Positions 1-9,943 of a stretch of DNA of 64,000 bases are shown one piece after another. Origin of the DNA: a bacterium (GTDB lineage: Bacteria > JAMCPX01); assembly GCA_037439545.1 (NCBI GenBank), contig JBBIVV010000001.1, positions 32,001-96,000 on the forward strand, given 5' to 3'. Both the position numbers and the translations under genes were made by a program. A model generated the notes under the pieces. It searched no databases, had not been told where the DNA came from, and saw nothing but the letters and a program-made list of their open reading frames with translations. How positions within the stretch are numbered: the first letter of the stretch is position 1; the number at the start of each line of letters is the position of its first letter.

Positions 1-416
1 GAAAAACAGCAGGTCCTGAACAGGATGACAATATGCATGTGAGCCTTGACATCATAGAAAGGGCCATGAGAAAGGTAACACTTGTAGAGGTAAACAGGCT
101 TGAGGACCTTCTGTCCTTCCTTGCTTCTACGGGGAGTGCTTCTCCCTTTATAGGGCTTTTTGGTACCGTATGGGGAATAATGTCGGCATTCAGAAACATC
201 GGCATAACTGAGTCTGCCAGCCTTGCGGTCGTTGCTCCGGGAATATCGGAAGCCCTTATTACGACTGCAATGGGGCTTTTTGCTGCCATACCGGCGGTGC
301 TTGCATACAATTATTTTGAACGGAGAATAAAGGTGTTTATGGATGACATGGATGCTTTTATTATAGAGATGTTAAATAAGTTTGAGAGGCATATAAAATC
401 TGATGGCGTTCAGTAA
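1..416 (+). CDS. tolQ: TolQ (MotA/TolQ/ExbB family), 5'-truncated by the window edge
   Basis: SPFIGLFGTVWGIM...VVAPGISEALITTAMGLFAAIPA motif; frame stays open to the window start; first gene of the tol-pal order. Confidence 0.93.
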   Translation, partial: KTAGPEQDDNMHVSLDIIERAMRKVTLVEVNRLEDLLSFLASTGSASPFIGLFGTVWGIMSAFRNIGITESASLAVVAPGISEALITTAMGLFAAIPAVLAYNYFERRIKVFMDDMDAFIIEMLNKFERHIKSDGVQ

Positions 417-813
417 CAACAATAAAAGATCATTTTCAGAAATAAATGTTACCCCGCTTGTTGATGTTATGCTCGTTCTCTTGATCATATTCATGGTCAC
501 TGCCCCCATGATGCAGCAGGGCATAAAGGTCGATCTTCCTCAGGCAAGAGCCCAAAGTTTCAAGGCCCAGGAAGAAAAACTTATGATAACCGTTACCAGG
601 GATGAAAAGATATTCGTAAACAAGAATCCCTACACACTGGATGAACTGGGTAAGACTTTAAAGGCAATCCAGGCATACAGAAAAGATAAACAGGTATTTC
701 TCAAAGCAGATAAAGATGTTCCTTATGGATTTGTTGTAAGGGTTATGTCGGAGATTAAGACTGCGGGCATTCAAGAACTTGGGATGGTGACAGAACCTTT
801 GCATGAAAAATGA
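403..813 (+). CDS. tolR: TolR (ExbD/TolR family)
   Basis: SEINVTPLVDVMLVLLIIFMVTAP and LKADKDVPYG motifs. Confidence 0.95.
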   Translation: MAFSNNNKRSFSEINVTPLVDVMLVLLIIFMVTAPMMQQGIKVDLPQARAQSFKAQEEKLMITVTRDEKIFVNKNPYTLDELGKTLKAIQAYRKDKQVFLKADKDVPYGFVVRVMSEIKTAGIQELGMVTEPLHEK

Positions 814-1562
814 AAAGCGATTCGGGCAATTATGTCAGGTCATTACGCGGTACTTTTTACAAAACGATTGCTATATCCGCGTGTGCACATGTCCTGATTT
901 TAGTTACGATTCTATACGGTAAACTTTTACCATCAGGGACAAGAGAGTACAACCCCGTATATACGGTCAAGCTTGTTTCAACAATGCAACAGGCTCAGGC
1001 AGAGGGAACGAGTATCCCGGCAGGAAGTACACGGCAGGCTGTAAATGCGACGCCTCAAATTCCTGCTCAACGGATGATACTTCCCATCGGAAAAAAAGCA
1101 CCGGGTAGAAAAGAGCTGCTTTCCGCCATAAGGCATATAAGCAGCGAGGTAAAAAGAAAGGAACTGCTGAAGGCAATTAACGAGAATGCAAGGGGGCAGG
1201 GCAGTACAATCCCCGGAAATAATACATCAGCATCGGCATCATCAGGTTCAGGTGCTCCCACAGGTTCGGCCGCGGAACAGTATTATGCCGTTATATGGCA
1301 TAAGATTCAGAGTGCGTGGCTTATACCTTCAAACATGGCGGATGCAAGCTACGGCTATGAAACAGTGGTGTCCATTACTATCAATAAAGACGGGACGGTA
1401 ACCGGTATCAGCGTGGAAAAGGGTTCAGGTAATGAATATTTTGATCAGACGGCAATCCGTGCTATAAAAAAGGCATCTCCTTTACCGCCATTTCCACCGA
1501 GCTGGCTGCAAAAGAGTATAGACATAGGTATAAAATTCAGTTGCAAGGAAGGATGTAAATGA
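810..1562 (+). CDS. tolA: TolA/TonB-like energy transducer
   Basis: TM helix with SxxxH (SACAH), low-complexity linker, TonB-C-like end (SGNEYFDQTAIRAIKKASPLPPFP); lies between tolR and tolB. Confidence 0.85.
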   Translation: MKSDSGNYVRSLRGTFYKTIAISACAHVLILVTILYGKLLPSGTREYNPVYTVKLVSTMQQAQAEGTSIPAGSTRQAVNATPQIPAQRMILPIGKKAPGRKELLSAIRHISSEVKRKELLKAINENARGQGSTIPGNNTSASASSGSGAPTGSAAEQYYAVIWHKIQSAWLIPSNMADASYGYETVVSITINKDGTVTGISVEKGSGNEYFDQTAIRAIKKASPLPPFPPSWLQKSIDIGIKFSCKEGCK

Positions 1563-2941
1563 AGAAGAGAAACAGGGTTGGCAGTGTGCTCCCGGCCCAT
1601 TGCTTCGCACATTGGTATCGCGGCAGTGCGAGGCTCATAGTCATTACTGCCGTTCTCATTTCACTGGCGGCTCCGCTTGCAGCTCATGCCAAGATGTACA
1701 TAGATATAAATGCCCCGAGCATCAAAAGGCTGCCTGTCGCTGTTACCATGCCTCTTGCAGGGCCGGGGTCAAATCTTAAAGACGTGACATCACTTTACAA
1801 TATTATAAACTCTGCACTTGATGCATCCGGTTATTTTGCAGTCATAAATCCTTCTGCATTCATAGAGAAGAACGGCGGGATGTTACTCGGGCAGTTTAAT
1901 CTAAAAGACTGGACAGACATTGGCGCCGAAGGCCTTCTGAGGATGAGCTATGGCGTTCAGGGTAATATTATTATAATAAAGGCATACACCTATGATGTCG
2001 TGCAGGGTAAGGTTTTATTATCGAAGCAGTACAGTGGCAGCAAGCCTGATGTAAGGTACATAGCAAACAGTATCGTGAATGATGTTATCTATGCTTTTAC
2101 GGGGCATTCCGGGCTTGCAGGCTCCAAGTTAGCGTTTGTTTCAAAGAGAACGGGGACTGAAGAGATAGACGCTATGGACCTTGACGGCAGCAACATAGTA
2201 CAGTTGACCTACAATAAAACCATAAATCTGACACCCGTGTGGTCGCCTGACGGGACAAAACTCCTTTTTACATCTTATATGCACAGAAATCCCGATCTTT
2301 ATATGTTTAATCTTCAGAATGGCCGGATCACGACCATAGCCAATAAAAAGGGATTGAACATAAGTCCAAGTTTTTCTCCTGATGGCAGTGAAATAGCAGT
2401 TTCCCTGAGTTTCAAAGGCAGCCCGGAGATATACCTTATGAATCTTTACGGAAAGATTCTGAAACAGCTTACCAATACATCGGGTATAAATGTATCGCCA
2501 AGCTTTTCACCGGACGGCAAAAAGGTAACCTTTGTTTCAAACAGGGCGGGTGGTCCGCAAATCTACACGATGAATACGGACGGATCCGATGTGCAGCGGA
2601 TTACCTTTAAAGGGAGTTATAACGCTTCGTGCAATTGGTCGCCCGCGGGTGACCGTATCGTATTTTCAGGGCTTTCGGAAGACGGTACGTTTGATATATA
2701 TACCGTAGCTCCGGATGGCTCTCATCTCGTAAGATTGACACAGAACCAGGGTGACAATACAAGTCCGAAATGGTCGCCTGACGGATACTATATAATATTT
2801 GTATCGACGAGGGACGGTCATCAGCAGTTGTATGTTATGAATTCGAACGGCAGTAACCAGCACAGGATTATTTCTACGGACTATGATATGAGTTCACCTG
2901 GCTGGTCAAACAGGATAAACTTTAAAATAACTGTTCAATGA
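1559..2941 (+). CDS. tolB: TolB beta-propeller protein (true start may be downstream)
   Basis: Repeated PD40 motifs (PVWSPDG, PSFSPDG, PKWSPDG); operon position. Confidence 0.95.
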   Translation: MKKRNRVGSVLPAHCFAHWYRGSARLIVITAVLISLAAPLAAHAKMYIDINAPSIKRLPVAVTMPLAGPGSNLKDVTSLYNIINSALDASGYFAVINPSAFIEKNGGMLLGQFNLKDWTDIGAEGLLRMSYGVQGNIIIIKAYTYDVVQGKVLLSKQYSGSKPDVRYIANSIVNDVIYAFTGHSGLAGSKLAFVSKRTGTEEIDAMDLDGSNIVQLTYNKTINLTPVWSPDGTKLLFTSYMHRNPDLYMFNLQNGRITTIANKKGLNISPSFSPDGSEIAVSLSFKGSPEIYLMNLYGKILKQLTNTSGINVSPSFSPDGKKVTFVSNRAGGPQIYTMNTDGSDVQRITFKGSYNASCNWSPAGDRIVFSGLSEDGTFDIYTVAPDGSHLVRLTQNQGDNTSPKWSPDGYYIIFVSTRDGHQQLYVMNSNGSNQHRIISTDYDMSSPGWSNRINFKITVQ

Positions 2942-2949
2942 GGTGATGT

Positions 2950-3690
2950 ATGAAGAAATTTATTATTACGGTCCTTTCCATTGTAATGATTGCCGGTTGT
3001 CCGAAGCCTCCCATTAAGGATATAGCGGATGCCAAGGCAGCCCTTGAATCCGCCAAACTTGCAGGCGCTCAGACTTATGCGCCAAAAGAATATTCATCGG
3101 CAGAAGGTTATGTGCAGAAGGCTCAGGTTGATTCTGATAACAGGCAGTATGATGAAGCCAGAATAAACGCGCTGACAGGCAAAAAACTTGCCGATGATGC
3201 AAAACAGACAGCCCTGGAGAACAAAGGCAAGGGAAGCGGGACCGGCGAAGGCACGGGTCCTGAGCAGATGAACGGAACACCGGGCATGTCAAGTATCGGA
3301 GTAACCGAAACATCGATCGTGGGCAAAGGTTCGCTGGGAGAGGGTGTCGTAATAAAACAACTGAAGATGATACATTTCGGATTTGATGACTATTCTCTCT
3401 CGAACGAGGCACAGGCTGCCCTGATGGATAATGCGCAGTGGCTCAAATCGAACCCTGCCGTCAAGGTGCAGATTGAGGGACATTGTGATGAGAGGGGCTC
3501 GGAGGAGTATAATCTTGCACTGGGAGAGAAAAGGGCTGTTTCAGGGCGGGATTATCTGATACAGCTTGGTTTGCAGGCTGACAGGATGTCTGTTATAAGT
3601 TACGGCAAGGAAAGACCGGTTAATCCAGGACACGATGAAAAGGCATGGGCGGAGAACAGGAGAGACGAATTTGTTGTCATTACGAGGTAG
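2950..3690 (+). CDS. pal: Peptidoglycan-associated lipoprotein Pal/OmpA family with N-terminal helical DUF4398-like domain
   Basis: Lipobox IAGC; IEGHCDERGSEEYNLALGEKRA and SYGKERP...NRR OmpA-C motifs. Confidence 0.9.
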   Translation: MKKFIITVLSIVMIAGCPKPPIKDIADAKAALESAKLAGAQTYAPKEYSSAEGYVQKAQVDSDNRQYDEARINALTGKKLADDAKQTALENKGKGSGTGEGTGPEQMNGTPGMSSIGVTETSIVGKGSLGEGVVIKQLKMIHFGFDDYSLSNEAQAALMDNAQWLKSNPAVKVQIEGHCDERGSEEYNLALGEKRAVSGRDYLIQLGLQADRMSVISYGKERPVNPGHDEKAWAENRRDEFVVITR

Positions 3691-3693
3691 GGT

Positions 3694-4509
3694 ATGAAAA
3701 GACTGTTGCTTATCATGAGCGCACTGATAGTTGTTACCGGTGCTGCGGGATGTATAAAGACAAACGAGGATATAAGGCTTGACAAGGAGTTGAGCGATCT
3801 CCAGACACAGGTAGACCTGAACAACCAGCAGACGAACACAAAGATAGACACTGAAATATCAAGTATCAGGAAGAATCAGGTCGATATGCTCTCCAAAATT
3901 GACGGCTCGCATGATGATATAAAAGATTTGAGAAACAGACTCGATATACTGCAGCATAGTTTGAACAACATGAAGCTGGATCTCGATCTCTTTACGACCA
4001 CGGGCGGGACATTAAATACAAGCATCGAACAGCGGATTTCAGCACTCGAAGTGTCTATGACTGCCGTCGAAGCGTGGATGAGTTTCTCCAATGCTTACAG
4101 TAAAAAGGCTGCAACCACGCATACCGAGAGTGTTTCAAAGCAGGCAAGTCTTTCAATGGATGATGCCGTAAAGTTTTTCAAGGACAATAAGTTCGATCAG
4201 GCAAAACCCGTTTTCGAAAAATTCTCGAAAAGCAGCAATGAAAAGCAAAAGGCAAGAGCACTTTTTTATCTCGGTGAGATAGCTTACAAAGAAAAGGACT
4301 ATAAAACGGCCATAGTGAATTATGGTACCATCGTAGAAAAACACCCTGAAAGTCATCTCATCACCAGTGCATATTTCATGATCGGCAGGAGTTTTGTCCA
4401 TCTCGGGGATAACAAAAAAGCAAAATTGTTCTTTGAGGAGCTTATTTCAAGATATCCCGATGACAAGCGTGCGAAGGACGCAAAGAAGGAAATAAAAAAA
4501 CTTAAATGA
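3694..4509 (+). CDS. cpoB: Tol-Pal TPR protein CpoB/YbgF
   Basis: Lipobox AAGC, coiled coil, C-terminal TPRs (ALFYLGE, AYFMIG); follows pal. Confidence 0.8.
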   Translation: MKRLLLIMSALIVVTGAAGCIKTNEDIRLDKELSDLQTQVDLNNQQTNTKIDTEISSIRKNQVDMLSKIDGSHDDIKDLRNRLDILQHSLNNMKLDLDLFTTTGGTLNTSIEQRISALEVSMTAVEAWMSFSNAYSKKAATTHTESVSKQASLSMDDAVKFFKDNKFDQAKPVFEKFSKSSNEKQKARALFYLGEIAYKEKDYKTAIVNYGTIVEKHPESHLITSAYFMIGRSFVHLGDNKKAKLFFEELISRYPDDKRAKDAKKEIKKLK

Positions 4510-5531
4510 TCCTGCTCGGTATTGAAAGCTCCTGCGACGAAACGGGTGTCGCAGTTGTTAAAGACGGAAAGGTGCTCGTCGATCTTGTTTCAAGTCAGAT
4601 AGATATCCACAAAAATTACGGCGGTGTTGTGCCGGAATTTGCATCGAGGATTCAGCTTGAAGTCATCGGTTCGCTGACACAGAAGGCATGTGAAGATGCC
4701 GGCATATCATTGTCCGCTGTCGATGGTATTGCCGTAACATCCGGTCCCGGGCTCATCGGCTCCGTCCTCGTGGGCGTTAATTTTGCAAAAGGGCTTGCAT
4801 ACGCCCTGGATAAACCGTTGATAGGCGTGGATCATGTCCAGGCACATTTATTCTCGCCGATGATAGAATATGAACAGCTTTCATTCCCCTACATAGGGCT
4901 TGTCGTTTCAGGCGGTCACACCGAGCTTTATACGGTTAAATCCATGACCGATATAAGCCTGAACGGGAAGACCGTTGATGATGCGGCAGGGGAGGCGTAT
5001 GACAAGATAGCCGGCGCACTCGGGCTCGGATACCCAGGCGGGCCGGTCATCGACAGAATCGCAAAGCAGTGGACGGGTAGCCGGAAGGTGAAATTCCCCA
5101 TGGCCATGATGAAAACAGGTAATTATAATTTTTCTTTCAGCGGGCTCAAAACAGCAGTAATGAGATACATCGGGGCGCAGAGCACCGATATGGATCAGGC
5201 CGCGCTCTCGTCCATAGTTTCCGGGTTCCAGGATGCGGCAGCCGGTGTGCTGGTGAAAAAGACCATCGCCCTTGCACGGTATCAGCGTATGAAAAGGATA
5301 GCCGTGTCAGGCGGTGTTGCTGCAAATTCCCAGCTCAGGGAGATGTTCATGGCATATAGAAAAGAATTTGAAATATATGTGCCATCCTTGAAGCTGTGTA
5401 CAGATAATGGTTCCATGATAGGTTTTCTCGGTTACCAGCTTTTGAAGCTCGGTATCAAAAGCAGTATTGACATAGACGCATATGCAAATAACACACACAT
5501 TCCTCAAAGAACACGGACTTCTGCCCCATAA
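4506..5531 (+). CDS. tsaD: tRNA N6-adenosine threonylcarbamoyltransferase
   Basis: LGIESSCDET, GGVVPE, HxxxH, VSGGHT, DDAAGEAYDK, FSFSGLKTA, CTDNG motifs. Confidence 0.97.
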   Translation: MILLGIESSCDETGVAVVKDGKVLVDLVSSQIDIHKNYGGVVPEFASRIQLEVIGSLTQKACEDAGISLSAVDGIAVTSGPGLIGSVLVGVNFAKGLAYALDKPLIGVDHVQAHLFSPMIEYEQLSFPYIGLVVSGGHTELYTVKSMTDISLNGKTVDDAAGEAYDKIAGALGLGYPGGPVIDRIAKQWTGSRKVKFPMAMMKTGNYNFSFSGLKTAVMRYIGAQSTDMDQAALSSIVSGFQDAAAGVLVKKTIALARYQRMKRIAVSGGVAANSQLREMFMAYRKEFEIYVPSLKLCTDNGSMIGFLGYQLLKLGIKSSIDIDAYANNTHIPQRTRTSAP

Positions 5532-6327
5532 ATCATTAGCGCAGTATCTGCTTGCCGATGAGTCTGTGATTGATGATATCATAAGAGCATTAGATATCCG
5601 GCGGGATGATCGTATACTTGAAATAGGTGCCGGGTGCGGTGCTTTAACGGAACATATACTGGGAAAGATTGATCAGACAGGCGGAGAACAAACATCCCTG
5701 ATATCGGTTGAGATAGAAGACAGGTACGTAAATTACCTGAAAAGCCGTTTCAGGAATAACGGCAGGTTTAAAGTCATGAGGCAGGATATACTGAAACTGG
5801 ATATAAGCCGGCTGTTTCACGGGTCATTGAAGGTTGCAGGCAATGTACCCTATTATATATCAAGCCCTATCCTGCGTTTATTATTCCATAACCACGCATT
5901 GATAGGAGATATTGTAATTATGCTGCAGAAAGAGGTCGGCATGAGAGTCGTATCACAGCCGTCAGAGGAATATTTCGGGCTATTATCCGTGATGCGTATG
6001 CTCCATTATGATGCATCCGTGGTGAGGCATGTCGATAAAAATTTATTTGTGCCCGTGCCGAAGGTTGATTCGGTTGTCATAAAGATGCATGTCCATGAGC
6101 CAATCATGAGTGCCGAAGATGAACATGCCTTACTCGGCCTCCTGAAGCATGCATTGAACGCAAGAAGGAAGATGATTAAAAATACGTTAAAAGCCGTCGG
6201 TACGTCATCAGAGATAGAAAAATGGTGCAGGGAGGCTGATATAAGTATGAATGACAGGGCAGAGAATATCGATTTGAACAGATGGATCAGGTTCCTCACT
6301 ATCTATAAAAAGGACAGAGGCTTATAA
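5482..6327 (+). CDS. rsmA: 16S rRNA adenine dimethyltransferase RsmA/KsgA
   Basis: ILEIGAGCGALT, GNVPYYISSP, MLQKEV, FVPVPKVDS. Confidence 0.92.
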   Translation: MQITHTFLKEHGLLPHKSLAQYLLADESVIDDIIRALDIRRDDRILEIGAGCGALTEHILGKIDQTGGEQTSLISVEIEDRYVNYLKSRFRNNGRFKVMRQDILKLDISRLFHGSLKVAGNVPYYISSPILRLLFHNHALIGDIVIMLQKEVGMRVVSQPSEEYFGLLSVMRMLHYDASVVRHVDKNLFVPVPKVDSVVIKMHVHEPIMSAEDEHALLGLLKHALNARRKMIKNTLKAVGTSSEIEKWCREADISMNDRAENIDLNRWIRFLTIYKKDRGL

Positions 6328-6378
6328 TCTATTCAGTCCCGAACAATCCTGAGATTGTTATGACCGGTCTATGCCCGT

Positions 6379-7149
6379 TTATATCTTCGCAAGGATCTTG
6401 TAATAGAATAACCCTACGTATTCGTGCATTCCCCTATAGGTGTTGGATAATGCCTCCAAGTCCGGCATATAGTCCATAAAATCATAGTGTCTTCTGTTAA
6501 TTTTATAATCAGCAGGTGCAGGTATTATGTTGGTCAGACCAGCATTCCTGAATGCATAGACAGCTCTTCTTAAGTGATATGCAGACGTAATAAGGATGAT
6601 CCTCTTACACATGAGCTTTTCGCACAAGCTTTTGACTTCTATGGCGTTTTCATAGGTATTCCTGCTCGTTGAATCCATAAAGATATCCTTTTCCGGCACA
6701 CCCATCTGGACAAGATATCGCCGCATGACAGGTGCTTCAGGCTTCTGGTATTTAAACCCCTTGCCGCTGCTTACGATTAAAGGTAAGGGTTGGATCCTGT
6801 ACAGCCGGAAAGCATATACAAGTCTTTCCAGAGAGTCACCCGTCGGTGTTCCATTGCCTTCAAGATCCGGTGAATTATCGTGTATACCGCCGCCGAGTAC
6901 GACATAAACATCGTGTGCAGATATGTCCTTGACATTCAATTGAGAATAAGTGTTTTCAAGAGGCAGCATGAGTTTATCTGCCAGCGGCCCCAGACATGCC
7001 GTGTAGATGGAAACTGAGAATATCAACATCATGATACCTATGCCCGTTTTCTTTTGTTTTATGAGCATTATTGCCCATAAGAAAGACATGGTGATGGCCA
7101 GCCCTGGTGGTAGAATCCACGCAGTGAAAAGTTTTGATATTATATACAT
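6379..7149 (-). CDS. YdcF/ElyC family (DUF218) membrane protein
   Basis: VVLGGG, SRNTYENA, LITSAYHLRRA, HEYVG; start placed at the ATG behind a GGAGG SD. Confidence 0.88.
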   Translation of the reverse strand: MYIISKLFTAWILPPGLAITMSFLWAIMLIKQKKTGIGIMMLIFSVSIYTACLGPLADKLMLPLENTYSQLNVKDISAHDVYVVLGGGIHDNSPDLEGNGTPTGDSLERLVYAFRLYRIQPLPLIVSSGKGFKYQKPEAPVMRRYLVQMGVPEKDIFMDSTSRNTYENAIEVKSLCEKLMCKRIILITSAYHLRRAVYAFRNAGLTNIIPAPADYKINRRHYDFMDYMPDLEALSNTYRGMHEYVGLFYYKILAKI

Positions 7150-7257
7150 GTATCCTCCATTGAGATCCGTTATAAAGCTCCCGTGCAGCTCTCCCTGCAT
7201 TTTTCTCTATCAATATATTTAAGGACTTGCAACAAATTAAAGGGGGGGATTCGTTTC

Positions 7258-7812
7258 TCAGATGGTAATATTGAGGTCCAGAGAATTTGATTCTATGCCG
7301 TTCATTTTGACAGAGATTTTGTACTCACCCTGACTCAGTTGCTTCGGAAGGGTCAGTATGACCATGTTTTTCGATTCCACGTCCTTTGCATATTTCCTGT
7401 CAAACAAGGTCACAGCTGTGTTTTTATCAGCCGCACGCGCAAGAGTAATATTGATCTCTGCATTGGATGACGAAGGCACAGAAAGATTGAACCCGATTTT
7501 GTCGCCCGGGTGAACAGGTAATGAGTCTATCCTTATTTCATGATATCGTCTCATTTCGTGATACTTCTTTCCTTTCCCGTGTCCTCCAAAGTATATCGAG
7601 CCTGTAGTAAAATCTATAACCAGTGCTGCTACACCCGGCACGATACCAACCAAAAGCCATAGACAATCCATGACAAGTACTGCCCCGTCAATATCACCCG
7701 GCATGTTGTCCCTTCTTTCGGGGTAAAGTAAGAAACCGCAATTCACCGTCGTGAATGTCATAAACAATAAAACTACTACAGCTAAAACACGGGATCTAAT
7801 AAATATTTTCAC
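7258..7812 (-). CDS. Hypothetical membrane/lipoprotein
   Basis: AGGAGG SD; signal ending in C-G-x-LLYPERR, hydrophobic hairpin, soluble C-terminal domain. Confidence 0.7.
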   Translation of the reverse strand: MKIFIRSRVLAVVVLLFMTFTTVNCGFLLYPERRDNMPGDIDGAVLVMDCLWLLVGIVPGVAALVIDFTTGSIYFGGHGKGKKYHEMRRYHEIRIDSLPVHPGDKIGFNLSVPSSSNAEINITLARAADKNTAVTLFDRKYAKDVESKNMVILTLPKQLSQGEYKISVKMNGIESNSLDLNITI

Positions 7813-7873
7813 GGTAATCTCCTCCTGAATGTTATGCCGATATTCTTTTTAGTAACCGCACATCTGGCTTTTG

Positions 7874-9127
7874 TCAACTCCGTAAAAATGTCGATTCGAT
7901 GTAGTGTATCCGCTCTGTGACCGGCGGGTGCGAGTAGTAGAATGCAGAATAGAGAGGGTGGGGGTGAAGGTTCGAGAGATTGTCTTTCGAAAGTTTTACG
8001 AGAGCGCTGACCATAGCACTGCTGTTACCCGTCAGTTTACACGCAAATGCATCGGCATCCCTCTCGTGCATCCTTGAGAATAAATTAAACAACGGTGTGA
8101 AGGGAAATGCTGCAATGGTCCCGAGCAGACCGAGTATGACGATCTTTGCAAATACCGTATGAGCGGTAAGATTGAAAAGACCGGGTAAAATGCCGCCCTG
8201 CATCAGTCTGAAGGACATAAAGAGTACTGCAAGGGAAATGACCTCCATGAGGATCATTTGTTTTAAAACATGCTTCTTTTTCCAGTGACCGAGCTCATGT
8301 GCGAGTACCGCGAGAATCTCATCCGTATTCATGGTACTGAGGAGGGTGTCGAAGAGGACGACTCTTTTAACCCTGCCGATTCCGGTAAAATAGGCATTGG
8401 TATGTTTTGTCCTCTTTGATGCATCCATCTTCAGAACCTTGCTGATCTTTATCCCGACTTTATCGGTTAAATTATGGATGCCTGCTTTAAGATTTTCATC
8501 GTCGACAGGCGAAAATTTATTGAAGAGCGGCTCTATGACATAGGGGGACAGGTACATCATAAAGATGCTGAATATCAGGAAGAAAAGCCATACCCAGAGC
8601 CACCAGTGTAAAGGGCTCCTTGCAATGAGCCATAGACCGGCGGATATGATTAAAGATAAAAGGACTGTTGTTATTACTGTGGATTTTATGAAATCGGCGA
8701 TCCATAATTTTGCCGTCATCGTATTGAATCCGTATTTCTTTTCTATCCTGAATGTCTGATATATGCTCAAAGGTATCGTAAGAAATGTGTCCGCATAAAG
8801 CAGCAGCATAAAAAATATGATGCCGGACACAATAAAATTCAAATGCAGTGAATTGATCCATGAATTATAAGTATTCAATATGCCGGTAAAGAAAAACAGG
8901 ATCATCAAGATAGTACTGAAGATCGAAGAGGCGATCCCGAACCGTGTTGAATCAACGGTATAATTTCTCGATTTGTCCAGCAATGACTGTTCTATGTGTC
9001 CTTCGAATGCAGGCGGAACGATGCTGCCGTATTTCCTCAGATAAGAAAGCTTCAGATGTTCGAGCCAGTAGCCGCACAGTACGACAATCAGGTAAGCAGT
9101 CAATAGAGAGAAAGCTGAAAAGCCCAT
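7874..9127 (-). CDS. M48 family (STE24-like) zinc metalloprotease
   Basis: NAYFTG, LAHELGH (HExxH), ERDADAFA, YSHPP; multiple TM helices. Confidence 0.95.
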   Translation of the reverse strand: MGFSAFSLLTAYLIVVLCGYWLEHLKLSYLRKYGSIVPPAFEGHIEQSLLDKSRNYTVDSTRFGIASSIFSTILMILFFFTGILNTYNSWINSLHLNFIVSGIIFFMLLLYADTFLTIPLSIYQTFRIEKKYGFNTMTAKLWIADFIKSTVITTVLLSLIISAGLWLIARSPLHWWLWVWLFFLIFSIFMMYLSPYVIEPLFNKFSPVDDENLKAGIHNLTDKVGIKISKVLKMDASKRTKHTNAYFTGIGRVKRVVLFDTLLSTMNTDEILAVLAHELGHWKKKHVLKQMILMEVISLAVLFMSFRLMQGGILPGLFNLTAHTVFAKIVILGLLGTIAAFPFTPLFNLFSRMHERDADAFACKLTGNSSAMVSALVKLSKDNLSNLHPHPLYSAFYYSHPPVTERIHYIESTFLRS

Positions 9128-9131
9128 GCGT

Positions 9132-9935
9132 TTAAAATACCACTATTCCTGCGTATCCGACCACTTCGTCATAATCATGGGTAACCTGTCCTGATGTTTT
9201 ATAATCTACGAGCTTTGCTTTTTTTGCCCCGAGTTTTTTTGCACTGAGAAGCATAATAGCAGCGGGAATCACACCGCACATCGAAATATCTTTTTCAGCA
9301 GTGACCCTGAGCAGTCCTGGAACGTCGAATGCGAGGATCCTTTCAATGGCGAGGGTGTCCTTTTTTTTTGCAATGTCCTGGGATTCGTAATGGGTCATAT
9401 CCGAACTTGCTATAATCAATGTTTCCCTGCCGGTATCTTTAATTGCTTTTGCTATGGCATTTCCTATGGAACTTACAAAATCATAATCCCTGCCCATGAC
9501 ACAGAGAGGGACGATCATGGCTGACGGGTTATAGTGATGAATAAAAGGGAGTTGGACTTCGAGTGAATGTTCCTGTGCTTGAGAATCGAAGTCGTCGTTT
9601 AAAAAATCAGTATTTTTCATGAGAGCGTCTGCAAGCTCATGGTCTATATTCATGTCAAAACCCGGCATACTGAAGGTACCGCTTGACAGTATCCCTCCTC
9701 TGGAACCATACCCGGTGTGATTGGGACCTATGACAATGACCGTAGACGGGATTGTGATGGACGAGTATACCTTTCCCGCTACACTTCCGGAGTACATATA
9801 GCCTGCATGGGGTGAGATCGCACCGATTGCTTTTACCGGTTTTTGGTCTTGAGGCACCAGTTCCTTTACCAGCCTCTCCAGGCTTGCCGGGTTTGCAGGA
9901 TAAAAAGAGCCTGCAACTGCCGGTTGTCTCTTCAT
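9132..9935 (-). CDS. amrB: AmmeMemoRadiSam system protein B (MEMO1 family)
   Basis: RQPAVAGSFYP, PHAGYMYSG, GPNH, EHSLEVQLPF, ASSDMTHY, VVGYA. Confidence 0.95.
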   Translation of the reverse strand: MKRQPAVAGSFYPANPASLERLVKELVPQDQKPVKAIGAISPHAGYMYSGSVAGKVYSSITIPSTVIVIGPNHTGYGSRGGILSSGTFSMPGFDMNIDHELADALMKNTDFLNDDFDSQAQEHSLEVQLPFIHHYNPSAMIVPLCVMGRDYDFVSSIGNAIAKAIKDTGRETLIIASSDMTHYESQDIAKKKDTLAIERILAFDVPGLLRVTAEKDISMCGVIPAAIMLLSAKKLGAKKAKLVDYKTSGQVTHDYDEVVGYAGIVVF

Positions 9936-9943
9936 AAAACCTC

